Assembly (NCBI GenBank): GCA_964619655.1
Contig: CAZUFR010000001.1
Span: 1-40,937, forward strand
Origin: an uncultured Syntrophomonas sp.
GTDB taxonomy: Bacteria > Bacillota > Syntrophomonadia > Syntrophomonadales > Syntrophomonadaceae
Reading direction: 5' to 3'
DNA: 40,937 nt
In this document: piece after piece, positions 15,912-24,738 of the stretch
Layout: the number at the start of each line of letters is the position of its first letter
How positions within the stretch are numbered: position 1 is the first letter of the stretch
Notes under the pieces: model-generated
The model's database searches: none
Told to the model about the DNA's origin: nothing
The model's input: the letters and a program-made list of their open reading frames with translations, nothing else
Position numbers and translations under genes: made by a program

Positions 15912-17014
15912 ATTACCAACCTCTCGATTCCGCGTTTTGCTTTGACTTCCCGGCGCTTTTCCAATAAATCAACAAAGGCTTCCAGCCGGGTCTGCACCCC
16001 CGCTTTACCCGTTTGCTCGTCTATAAATAAGGTTAAAACCGGTATACCATAATCTTTACTGACCGCCGGTATAATGCTCTTGGCTACTATCTCCGGTATG
16101 CAAGCAAAAGGTGCTAACTGAACTACCCCATCAAAGCCGTGGCGGGCATAGAGAATAGTTTCCCCGATGCTGTTGGCCCCGTGCCCACCTATGGGCGCCT
16201 CCCCCAAATAAGGTTTGGCTATCTCGAATACGTCTCCTTCCAGGTTGACGATGGTGTTTTTCCTGGTATAAGAAGTAAGGTAAATGGAGCGGTCGGTCTG
16301 TACTCCCATTTCCCCCAGCATTATTTGAATATAATGGTTGGCGGCCGGTTCTAAAACCACATAAATCTCACCTATAATTCCAATTTTTAAAGGATTACGG
16401 CTGCGATCCTGAGAAACATCGCGCAGGAGCTTCAGCCCTTCCTGCATGGCGTCTTCAATTTCCGTCTCGTTATTGGCCTGGTCTAGCATCTCCATGGCCT
16501 GCCATAGCCGTCTGGTAGTTTCACCCCGGTTAATCTCATAAGGTCTTATTTCATGGGATAACATTTCCACCTCGTCTATGGCCTTAATCTTTTCCCAGGT
16601 AATACGTATCGCCTGGACAAATTCTTTAACCGATAAACCTCCGGTTTTTCTTACCCAACGCAATTTTTTTATAAAATCCTTGAGATCACACAGGGGAGGC
16701 TCAAAGGCTACTACCTTAACCCCCGTGTTAAGTTCATCTAATAGATATTGATGCATTACCCAATACAGCCCTGCTCGACAAGGTCCCATGCCCCCGGAGG
16801 TCAAAATCACCTCGGCGCCTTTCTCCGCTACTTCCAGGTAGGTTCCCATTAGGATTTTAAAGGGAATACAAGCAAACTCCGGAGCATGACGCACCCCCAG
16901 GTCAAGCGTACGGCTGCTGGGTTCCGGAGGTACAATACACTCGTGGCCCGTATTTTCTACCAGCCATTTTAATGCCAGATAAGAATAGCCCATATGCGGA
17001 AAGCTTATTTTCAC
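15908..17014 (-). CDS. Acyl-CoA dehydratase activase-related protein (DUF2229-like), partner B
   Basis: 368 aa with motifs FACIPFKILMG and GGMGPCRAG...FACIPE, as in the uncharacterised C-terminal modules of large CoA-enzyme activases. GTGA overlap with the upstream gene. Confidence 0.6.
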   Translation of the reverse strand: MKISFPHMGYSYLALKWLVENTGHECIVPPEPSSRTLDLGVRHAPEFACIPFKILMGTYLEVAEKGAEVILTSGGMGPCRAGLYWVMHQYLLDELNTGVKVVAFEPPLCDLKDFIKKLRWVRKTGGLSVKEFVQAIRITWEKIKAIDEVEMLSHEIRPYEINRGETTRRLWQAMEMLDQANNETEIEDAMQEGLKLLRDVSQDRSRNPLKIGIIGEIYVVLEPAANHYIQIMLGEMGVQTDRSIYLTSYTRKNTIVNLEGDVFEIAKPYLGEAPIGGHGANSIGETILYARHGFDGVVQLAPFACIPEIVAKSIIPAVSKDYGIPVLTLFIDEQTGKAGVQTRLEAFVDLLEKRREVKAKRGIERLVI

Positions 17015-18003
17015 GATTTATCCCTCCTGAAACGCAACATATCCAGAAATGCTTCAACCCGGGTTCTTACCCCGGCATCGCCGGTGTGCTCGTCCACTGC
17101 AATGGGAAGGTAAGGCATTTGCCCATGCCTTCTGGCTTCAATCTCCAGCAGGCGATCCACTATTGAGTCCGGGCCGCAGGCAAATGCAGTTATATGAATT
17201 ATCCCATCTATGTTTTTTTGTTGCATAAAATGAAGAGCTCCATATACTGCCCGATTAGAGAAGTACCAGAACATGCTCTTGGGCAGGTTTCGGGCTTGCC
17301 GGTTCATTATCTTATCACTTAGCATATCCTGGGTATATACCCTGACGTTTTCTTTCTCCAGTAAACTTAAGATGCGACCGTTAATATAGTCATCATATAT
17401 GGTATAAGGGTAACCTACTACCGCTATCTGTAAATCCGGTCGGCTCAGTAAAGGTTTCCTCTCTCCATTAGCAAATAAGATGTCCAGGGCTTCTTCCGGC
17501 ATCATGTTCTGAAAAAGCAGTTTTTTAAAACGTTTTTGTATGAGCAATGCCCTCTGATAAGCCCTTTTTATTTCTGTTTCCGATTTCCCCAGTAAATCCC
17601 CAACCTGAGAACAAACATTAAGTAATTCGTCTTTGCCTTGTTTAAGGTCAACCCGAACATCTATTATGGGGGGGATATTATCCATAGCCAGACGAACCAT
17701 GTCAGGAAGACCCAGGAATTTGGGGCAAAAGGTTTCGGTGCCAAAATCGCCGTGCTTACGAACACTTACCAAACGGGGGCAGAAGATGTAATCCACCTGG
17801 GAAGCAAGATCAGCGACGTGACCGTGGTAAAGTTTAATAGGAATACAGGCATCATTAACCGCTTCCCTTACTCCATCATCCAATATATCTCTGGTAGTAG
17901 GGGAAGAAACGATAACTTCCTGTTTCAGTTCTTCAAAAAAAGTCTTCCAGAAGGGAAAATAAATAAAATACGCCAGTGTACGTGGAATACCTATTCTAGA
18001 CAC
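17011..18003 (-). CDS. Acyl-CoA dehydratase activase-related protein (DUF2229-like), partner A
   Basis: 330 aa starting IGIPRTLAYFIYFPFWKTFFEELK, with DACIPIKLYHGH and ITAFACGPDS. The family call is from recalled motif pattern only. Confidence 0.6.
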   Translation of the reverse strand: MSRIGIPRTLAYFIYFPFWKTFFEELKQEVIVSSPTTRDILDDGVREAVNDACIPIKLYHGHVADLASQVDYIFCPRLVSVRKHGDFGTETFCPKFLGLPDMVRLAMDNIPPIIDVRVDLKQGKDELLNVCSQVGDLLGKSETEIKRAYQRALLIQKRFKKLLFQNMMPEEALDILFANGERKPLLSRPDLQIAVVGYPYTIYDDYINGRILSLLEKENVRVYTQDMLSDKIMNRQARNLPKSMFWYFSNRAVYGALHFMQQKNIDGIIHITAFACGPDSIVDRLLEIEARRHGQMPYLPIAVDEHTGDAGVRTRVEAFLDMLRFRRDKS

Positions 18004-18041
18004 TTATGAAAATCCTCCCAAAACTCCCCGGCATAGCTAGT

Positions 18042-19940
18042 TTAGAGCTTTACCCTCATATCTCCAACCCGGCGGGTAAAACGAATTCTATCATAATATT
18101 CTACCAGAGGTAGCGCATACTTTCGAGTAGTTTTCAATATATCCCGAGCAGTTGCCAGGCTTAGCTCTTTTTCCTGCTCAAAATAATCACTTAGTTTTCT
18201 CTTTCCCTCTTCTATGGCCTGACTGGAAAATACTATTTCCTGGTTGATTTTTACCAACAGACCTACTTCAATCATATAGGATAATAGTTCATTGAAATCG
18301 TCTTCTCCCAGCCCACTTATACTGCTCAGTTCATCTATTCCCGGAGGAGTAAACATCTGCTCTTCCATGATGCGTTTAATTTTCTCTATGCTTTCCTTTT
18401 CTCTATCTCCAGGTTGGGCTACCCACCCGGGTAACATTAACTGATTGTTGCGGCTGGATATAGTGCCGTTTTCCTCCAACTGCTTAAGTACCAGGTTAAA
18501 ATCTTTAGCATTTATTTTTTTGAAATATCTACTGCGCATATCTTCCCGGGGGTAACCTGAGCGCATGGGGTATTTTTGATGGTATTTACCCAGAGTTTCC
18601 ACTATACGGTCATTAACAGCTTCCAGGGCATAAGAGCTAATGTAAACCTGGTCTTTTATTATTATGGCTTTTTCATCTTCCACCAGCTGCTGTAGTTCCT
18701 GTTTTAACTGTTCCCGGTTACTGCCGGTAAGTTTGCTCAGTTCGTCAATAGTCATCAGTTCTTCGGAATGGGACTCCAGTTCATGTAAAACCACGTCATA
18801 AAGGCTGCCTTCCTCTTTTATAGCCAGTTCATCCAAAACCTCTTCCTTAAATCTTTTCTGCTTGGGGGCGTTACCATCAATTATTATTCCTCCCCCGATA
18901 GTGGTAACCGGGGAATAGTATCTTATTACAAAACGGTCACCTTTGTAGGCTACTACCGGTTTTTCCATAACAATCTGCACAAAGGCTTCGTCTCCCGGCT
19001 GTAATTCGTCCCGATCCAGTAATACTACCCGGCCCAGGGTCTCATCAGTACCCAGGTGAAAACGCACCCGGTTCCAGTTTTTTAAGGTTCGCTTGCTGGA
19101 ACTGAGCAGACGTAGGCGAGTATCTACCCGATAGCTGGGAGTAAGATAAGCCGGGGTAGCCAGGAGGTAACCCCGTTTGATGTCGCTTACTTCTATCCCT
19201 TGCAGATTTACGGCTACCCTCTGACCGGCATAAGCGGTATCCGTTTTTTCGTTATGTACCTGCAGGGTTCTTATCCGCACCGGTTTTTTTATCGGCATTA
19301 GCTCTACCGTCTCACCCTGCTTTAATTGCCCTGACCACAGGGTTCCGGTTACCACAGTACCAAAGCCGGAAATGGTAAAGACCCGGTCTATAGGTAGCCG
19401 GGCCTGGCCAAAGGTCGGTTTTTCTTCCACCTCTGAAACTAGTTTTTCTATTAACGCCAACAATTCTGGTATCCCTTCCCTGGTTACCGCCGATACCGAA
19501 ACCAGCGGAGCATCCTTTAATATGGTAGTATTGATGTATTCCCGCACTTCTTCTTCCATCAGCATCAACCATTCTTCATCTACCAGGTCTTTCTTGGTCA
19601 ACACGATGATACCTTTGTCCACACCCAGCAGTTCTATTATGTCCATATGCTCCCGGGTCTGGGGCATTACCCCTTCGTCAGCAGCAATGGTCAGCAACAC
19701 TATATCAATACCGAAGGCTCCGGCCAACATATGCCTGATAAAGCGCTCGTGCCCGGGCATATCTACAATGGCAGCTTTTTGTCCCGAAGGCAGGGTAAAA
19801 GGGGCAAATCCCAGTTCTATGGATATGCCCCGCTGTTTCTCCTCTTTTAGCCTGTCGGTATTCAAACCGGTCATGGCTTTGACCAGGGTAGTCTTGCCGT
19901 GGTCAATATGTCCCGCCGTACCTATAATAAACCTCTTCAT
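18042..19940 (-). CDS. selB: Selenocysteine-specific translation elongation factor SelB
   Basis: G-domain motifs GHIDHGKT, DMPGH and TKKD. 632 aa with a long C-terminal winged-helix extension. It lies downstream of selA. Confidence 0.92.
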   Translation of the reverse strand: MKRFIIGTAGHIDHGKTTLVKAMTGLNTDRLKEEKQRGISIELGFAPFTLPSGQKAAIVDMPGHERFIRHMLAGAFGIDIVLLTIAADEGVMPQTREHMDIIELLGVDKGIIVLTKKDLVDEEWLMLMEEEVREYINTTILKDAPLVSVSAVTREGIPELLALIEKLVSEVEEKPTFGQARLPIDRVFTISGFGTVVTGTLWSGQLKQGETVELMPIKKPVRIRTLQVHNEKTDTAYAGQRVAVNLQGIEVSDIKRGYLLATPAYLTPSYRVDTRLRLLSSSKRTLKNWNRVRFHLGTDETLGRVVLLDRDELQPGDEAFVQIVMEKPVVAYKGDRFVIRYYSPVTTIGGGIIIDGNAPKQKRFKEEVLDELAIKEEGSLYDVVLHELESHSEELMTIDELSKLTGSNREQLKQELQQLVEDEKAIIIKDQVYISSYALEAVNDRIVETLGKYHQKYPMRSGYPREDMRSRYFKKINAKDFNLVLKQLEENGTISSRNNQLMLPGWVAQPGDREKESIEKIKRIMEEQMFTPPGIDELSSISGLGEDDFNELLSYMIEVGLLVKINQEIVFSSQAIEEGKRKLSDYFEQEKELSLATARDILKTTRKYALPLVEYYDRIRFTRRVGDMRVKL

Positions 19941-20133
19941 TACTACCTCTTCCTTTTTCTATCGTTTCAGCTAAGGACGTGGATTTCATTTTGGGTTAAT
20001 ACGGAAATAGACACAGATAACATACCCATAGGGCACACAGATGCTCCCTATGGTCGCCATTAAGGTAGCTGATTTTTTATGATTAACACAGATTTTTATT
20101 ATAATTTTTAAGGATGCAGATTTATGTAGTTTT

Positions 20134-20170
20134 TGTAGGGGCAGACCCGTGTGTCTGCCCGGCCGATCAC
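20134..20170 (+). repeat. REP-like element, copy 2 (identical hairpin to copy 1)
   Basis: tGTAGgggcagacccgtgtgtctgcccggccgatcac. Confidence 0.85.
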
Positions 20171-20209
20171 TGGCCCCCGTAAGGTGAATCTTATTGCATA
20201 TATAGCTGC

Positions 20210-21754
20210 CTATTGCGGGCGAACACATGGGTTCGCCCCTACAATCCTGTGACCGACATCTGACATCCTATGCCCAACGTCCGATATCCGACATGAGTTA
20301 TCTGACATCCGACTTCTGACTTCCGACTTCTGACTTCCGACTTCCGTTATTAGTACCCCTTCAATCAGGTCAACCAGTAACTCAGCATCGCCCTCCAGCA
20401 GAGTTCTCACACTTATTCTCATTTTATCATCTTGCTTTCTGGTCACCAGGGCCGGGCTGCCCAGGCGCAGTTCCCGGGCTATTTTTTCCAGGGCATTGTC
20501 GTGAAATTCAATATCAATACCAAAGCCTGGAATCTTATAAGTCGGATAGGCTCCTCCTCCTACCATATCTTCCAGTTCTACCAGGTTTAGAGAGGCCACC
20601 TGGGGTAAAGAGCCAATGCGGTTTTGTAAAATGTTTAAAAGTTCTTTAGCCTGATGCTGAAGTTGTTCTGAACTACGGCATAACATACGTATCACCGGAA
20701 TTTTCTCCTCCGGTCTACCTTCTAGATACTCCAACAGGGTAGCCTCCAGGGCGGCAATAGTTAATTTGTCCACCCTTAAAGCCCGGGTAAGCTGATTCTT
20801 TTTCATGGCCTCTATATATTTTTTGCGGCCTACGATAATTCCGGCCTGGGGCCCACCTAACAACTTATCTCCGCTAAACGTAATTATATCAACTCCAGAA
20901 GCCACACACTCTTGTACCGTAGGTTCATTTTTCAAACCCCAGTTCTCCATATTATATAGTATTCCGCTGCCCAGGTCCTGCATAACCGGAATACCCTGTT
21001 CCTTTCCCAGTTTAACCAGGTCAAATAGTTTTACCTCTTCACTAAAGCCAATAATTTTATAATTAGAGGTATGGGCGGTAAAAAGCAGTGCCGTTTCTTC
21101 GCTAATAGCTCCGGCAAAATCACTAATATAGGTCTTATTGGTGGTCCCCACTTCCACCAGCCGGGCACCACTCAGTTTCATAACCTCGGGAATCCGAAAA
21201 GCGCCGCCTATTTCCACCAGTTGTCCCCGGGATACAATAACCTCCCGACCCCGGGCCATGGTATTAAGCCCCAGCATGACCGCAGCCGCATTATTGTTTA
21301 CTACCAGAGCAGCTTCAGCGCCAGTCAGGCGGGTTAATATATCTTCCACATGAACATAGCGGGAGCCTCGTTCACCTTGTTTAAGGTCCATTTCCAGGTT
21401 ATTGTAGTTAGTCGCCATTGCTGACATATAGTTTAAAGCCCGCTCCCCCAATGGTGCCCGTCCGAGATTAGTATGCAGGACTACACCAGTGCCATTTATA
21501 ACCTTTTCCAGGGTTCCCCGGGCTGATTCTTCTACCCTTTGTTGTAATCGTTTTATGACTTCCTCTTTAATGGAATCCCGCTCCAATTCTTCCTGTAAAG
21601 AGCGCAATTCCTCCCTGATATCATCTATTGCTGTTCTTAAAAGGTTTATTACATAGTCCCGATTAAACCTGCTTAGCAATCCCTGCACATCTCCATGCAA
21701 CAATATTTCGTCTACCGAGGGGATTTTTTTAAGATTTACCATTTTCAGGCTCAC
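20210..21754 (-). CDS. selA: L-seryl-tRNA(Sec) selenium transferase SelA with a repeat-derived C-terminal tail
   Basis: PLP-lysine motif FSGDKLLGGPQAGII. The core is ~465 aa followed by a ~46-aa tail encoded by the heptamer array and REP copy 3. The start is ambiguous (GTG 21754 or ATG 21742). Confidence 0.9.
   Translation of the reverse strand: MSLKMVNLKKIPSVDEILLHGDVQGLLSRFNRDYVINLLRTAIDDIREELRSLQEELERDSIKEEVIKRLQQRVEESARGTLEKVINGTGVVLHTNLGRAPLGERALNYMSAMATNYNNLEMDLKQGERGSRYVHVEDILTRLTGAEAALVVNNNAAAVMLGLNTMARGREVIVSRGQLVEIGGAFRIPEVMKLSGARLVEVGTTNKTYISDFAGAISEETALLFTAHTSNYKIIGFSEEVKLFDLVKLGKEQGIPVMQDLGSGILYNMENWGLKNEPTVQECVASGVDIITFSGDKLLGGPQAGIIVGRKKYIEAMKKNQLTRALRVDKLTIAALEATLLEYLEGRPEEKIPVIRMLCRSSEQLQHQAKELLNILQNRIGSLPQVASLNLVELEDMVGGGAYPTYKIPGFGIDIEFHDNALEKIARELRLGSPALVTRKQDDKMRISVRTLLEGDAELLVDLIEGVLITEVGSQKSEVRSRMSDNSCRISDVGHRMSDVGHRIVGANPCVRPQ
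20212..20243 (-). repeat. REP-like element, copy 3, inverted relative to copy 2 (stem GGGCGAAC/GTTCGCCC)
   Basis: Minus sense is ttGTAGgggcgaacccatgtgttcgcccgcaat. It overlaps the last 11 codons of the selA ORF. Confidence 0.8.
20253..20343 (-). repeat. 13-unit in-register heptanucleotide tandem array (plus-strand CYGACWT; minus-sense GAAGTCR), inside the selA 3' end
   Basis: Units start at 20253 + 7k for k = 0-12. The six units at 20302-20343 are near-perfect (CTGACAT CCGACTT CTGACTT CCGACTT CTGACTT CCGACTT). Confidence 0.85.
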
Positions 21755-22848
21755 GCCTCCTTACGATGTGTAATATACTGCATTATATAATAATATACCT
21801 CGCTTAACATGTCTTTGGTAGTGCTGTAAAACAAGGCAGTTATTATTAATATTCCTAGTATTCCAAAAACAGGGTATATTTTACTCACCAAGCTGGAAAA
21901 ACTGCGCATGGAAACAGGTAGTGCCAGGGTCATACAAAGTATCAGGCAAAACCGGTAATTTAAGCCGGTGAGACCGGCAAAACGCTGGGTGAATCCATAA
22001 GCATTGGCAATAGCAGTGGTTAAAATCCCCACCCACAATACCAGGGTATAAATGTATTTGGCTGGGAGCGATATTTTTCCTGCCACATAAAGCATAGGGA
22101 CTTCATAGTGCATAACTACCGGCACAAACTTACATAAGGCCGTATAATTAACCAGAACCAATGCTCCCAGTATTAATCCCCCCCAGATAGCCCCGGTTAT
22201 ACCTTCTCCTGCTTGACCCACAGTCTGGTATTCGCTTAATACTACCATAGCCAGTGAAAAATTGTACGCTACATACAGTACCGCCGCTAATAACCAGAAC
22301 CGGGCTTCGGTCGGGCATATAAAAGCGGTGTATATCGCCATTGATTGTTTTTCTACAAAAAAGGCGGCATAGCCACTGATAATAAACAGCAGTATTATCT
22401 TGACTGGTACCAGGATATTATAGGATATAATCAGGCCCTGTTTTCCGGTAAGGAGAAAAGCTATCACCAGAACGTAGGCCAGGAAAACACCCAGGTTTTT
22501 AGGTAAATAGAGATGTTCATAAAACACCGCACCACTGGCAGACATCATAGTACTTATACCCAGAAATAGAAATATGGCTAATAAAAAGTCTACCAGCAGT
22601 CCAGTTTTATTTCCCATCATCTTTTTTAACATATCCTGATAATTCGATACCTGCCAGCGATGCGCTAAATAAAGTAACATCCCCCCACAGAGAGCAAAGA
22701 GTCCGGTAGCTACCAGACCACCTTTAATGCCATAGAATCCGTAAGCCACAAAAAACTGTACTATTTCCTGCCCCGATGCAAAACCAGCACCAATAACTGC
22801 TCCCAGATAACCCATTATCAGCATAAGGCGAACTTTTATCAGTCTCAT
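21751..22848 (-). CDS. YkvI-family membrane protein
   Basis: Polytopic, with the N-terminal motif GAVIGAGFASGQEIVQFF. ATG 22848 lies behind GGGGAGAAGGGG. Confidence 0.7.
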   Translation of the reverse strand: MRLIKVRLMLIMGYLGAVIGAGFASGQEIVQFFVAYGFYGIKGGLVATGLFALCGGMLLYLAHRWQVSNYQDMLKKMMGNKTGLLVDFLLAIFLFLGISTMMSASGAVFYEHLYLPKNLGVFLAYVLVIAFLLTGKQGLIISYNILVPVKIILLFIISGYAAFFVEKQSMAIYTAFICPTEARFWLLAAVLYVAYNFSLAMVVLSEYQTVGQAGEGITGAIWGGLILGALVLVNYTALCKFVPVVMHYEVPMLYVAGKISLPAKYIYTLVLWVGILTTAIANAYGFTQRFAGLTGLNYRFCLILCMTLALPVSMRSFSSLVSKIYPVFGILGILIITALFYSTTKDMLSEVYYYIMQYITHRKEA

Positions 22849-22986
22849 CCCCTTCTCCCCGCTACGTCTTAATCTATATTTCATAAATATTCCTATAAGC
22901 AATCAAATACAGCATAAAAATATTCCCAGCGGTCAAGAATATGGATTAAACGCTGCAAAATAATTTTGAGTTGGGAGGAAGAGCAT

Positions 22987-23595
22987 TTGTACAAAGCAGA
23001 AAAGGCAGTAATACAGGACAGGTTCTCCTGTCATTATGAGGACCCGCTTTGTTTTAATAAGATTGAAAAAGCGATACATGCCAACTTGCAAGATGTCGAA
23101 TCGGGGCGGGAATTGGTGTTTTTGTGCATCGGAACCGACCGGGCTACCGGTGATTGCCTGGGACCTCTGGTAGGTAGCAGGCTTAAAAGCCTTAGCCCTT
23201 CTACTGCTGTCTACGGTACCCTGGAAACACCGGTACATGCTACTAACCTGCAGGAAACCCTGGATGAAATATTCGCTATTTATACCCAACCTTTTGTCAT
23301 AGCCGTAGATGCCTGCCTGGGAAACGCAGACCGGATTGGTCATATAAATGTTCGCCGGGGCAGCCTGAAACCAGGTACAGCTCTAAATAAGACTTTACCT
23401 GCAGTAGGTGATTTTCATATTTCCGCAGTAGTTAATGTAGGTGGGTTTTTTGAACACATGGTTTTACAGAATACCCGGCTTTTCATTGTTTCTAAAATGG
23501 CTGATATCATAGCCAAGGGGCTTTATCTAGCCCGGGTAAAATTTGTTTCCAGCCAGCTGAGGGAGAATGTGGAGGCAGAAATAGGAAGGAGTTAG
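22987..23595 (+). CDS. yyaC: Spore protease YyaC
   Basis: Motif FLCIGTDRATGDCLGPLVG. About 200 aa, in the conserved position near spo0J. TTG 22987 lies behind GGGAGG. Confidence 0.8.
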   Translation: MYKAEKAVIQDRFSCHYEDPLCFNKIEKAIHANLQDVESGRELVFLCIGTDRATGDCLGPLVGSRLKSLSPSTAVYGTLETPVHATNLQETLDEIFAIYTQPFVIAVDACLGNADRIGHINVRRGSLKPGTALNKTLPAVGDFHISAVVNVGGFFEHMVLQNTRLFIVSKMADIIAKGLYLARVKFVSSQLRENVEAEIGRS

Positions 23596-23644
23596 TATGA
23601 CACGGATTAGCGCCAATAATATATTGTCTGGTAATAACTTCGAG

Positions 23645-24274
23645 TCAGGAGTATCTTTTAAGAATATTTATTACTTCCCTATCCTCTACGGCTGCAAAAT
23701 CCTGATAAAACTGGCTAACTGCATAAAATTTCTCCGGGATCTCCAGAGCTATCAACTCGTCTACCTCTTCCTGCAAGTTAAGATAAGCGGTTTTTGAGCT
23801 GACTGGTACAGCAACTATAATCTTTCCGTCAGTTTGGCGCTGCAAATATTTGACCGCCGCCTTAAGAGTAAACCCAGTTGCTATACCATCGTCTACCAGC
23901 AATAAATTTTTTCCCTGCAAGTCAATCGGGGGACGTTGGCCCCGATATCGTTTCAAGCGGCCATCAATGTTTTCTTTTACTTTTTGAGCCAACTTTTCAA
24001 TAGCAACACTATCGGTGTCAACTATTTTTTGGGTCCGTTCAGGAATCAGGATTTCACCATCCGGTGTAACCGCACCTATAGCAAACTCATCCCAACTGGG
24101 TGAAGCGATTTTTTTAGCCATAACCACGTCCAGGGGGCAATTAAAATAAGAGGCGATTACCTCTGCAACTTCTACGCCTCCCCGAGGAACCCCCAGAACC
24201 AAATCAAACTTAATCTGCTTATCCTCCAGAACTCTGGCCAATAGATGACCGGCTTCCTTCCGGTTAGTAAACAC
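23645..24274 (-). CDS. Phosphoribosyltransferase-family protein
   Basis: PRPP-binding loop LLLVDDGIATGFT and N-terminal F.NRKEAG..LA pattern. Confidence 0.8.
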   Translation of the reverse strand: MFTNRKEAGHLLARVLEDKQIKFDLVLGVPRGGVEVAEVIASYFNCPLDVVMAKKIASPSWDEFAIGAVTPDGEILIPERTQKIVDTDSVAIEKLAQKVKENIDGRLKRYRGQRPPIDLQGKNLLLVDDGIATGFTLKAAVKYLQRQTDGKIIVAVPVSSKTAYLNLQEEVDELIALEIPEKFYAVSQFYQDFAAVEDREVINILKRYS

Positions 24275-24289
24275 CCCGAACCCCCCTTG

Positions 24290-24697
24290 CTATTTTTCCT
24301 TATACTTTTCTTTTTTGAAATTAAGTATGCGCTCGCTATCAACACTACGCTCTTTAGCCCGGGTCATCCGGCTGTTACCATCTAACAAACCGCCTTCGTC
24401 GATTATCAAGGTGGTGGCATTAATATCCCCGGTAATAGCTCCGCTTGTAGCTATTTCGAGACGGGTTCCAGCACTGGCCGTTCCTTCTACCTTTCCAGCC
24501 ACAATTATATTTTCTGCCTTTACTTCACCTTTGATTTTACCGTTTTCCCCCAGAATTAAGTCGCCCTTTATATTTAAATTCCCTTCTACGTACCCATCAA
24601 TCCGGATGGACCCTTGAGCGGTTATATTACCCTTTATTTCCACTCCGGGAGATATTATGTTTTCAATGTTCTGAAAGCTGCGCTGCTTTTTTCTCAA
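24290..24697 (-). CDS. Bactofilin (polymer-forming cytoskeletal protein)
   Basis: 135 aa of beta-helix repeats (IKGNITAQGSIRIDGYVEGNLNIKGDLILGENGKIKGEVKAENIIVAGKVEG). Confidence 0.85.
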   Translation of the reverse strand: MRKKQRSFQNIENIISPGVEIKGNITAQGSIRIDGYVEGNLNIKGDLILGENGKIKGEVKAENIIVAGKVEGTASAGTRLEIATSGAITGDINATTLIIDEGGLLDGNSRMTRAKERSVDSERILNFKKEKYKEK

Positions 24698-24738
24698 TGC
24701 TTTGTTCCTCCTGATCTTTCTGGTTTCATGCTCCTATA

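Noticed and set aside
19372-19974. 200-aa plus-strand ORF, and the 86-aa/67-aa ORFs within the selB region
   Set aside because: They are antisense or out-of-frame to selB, with Ser-rich low-complexity translation and no start context.
19986-20228. 80-aa ORF in the selA-selB spacer
   Set aside because: It is composed entirely of REP and short-repeat sequence (GRHTGLPLQ is the hairpin translated). It has no Shine-Dalgarno and overlaps the selA 3' end.
20253-20343. CRISPR array?
   Set aside because: The units are 7 nt and contiguous with no spacers, and there are no cas genes. This is a microsatellite-like tandem repeat, not CRISPR.
22933-23343. 136-aa minus-strand ORF
   Set aside because: It is antisense to yyaC, whose CIGTDRATGD signature clearly defines the real frame.
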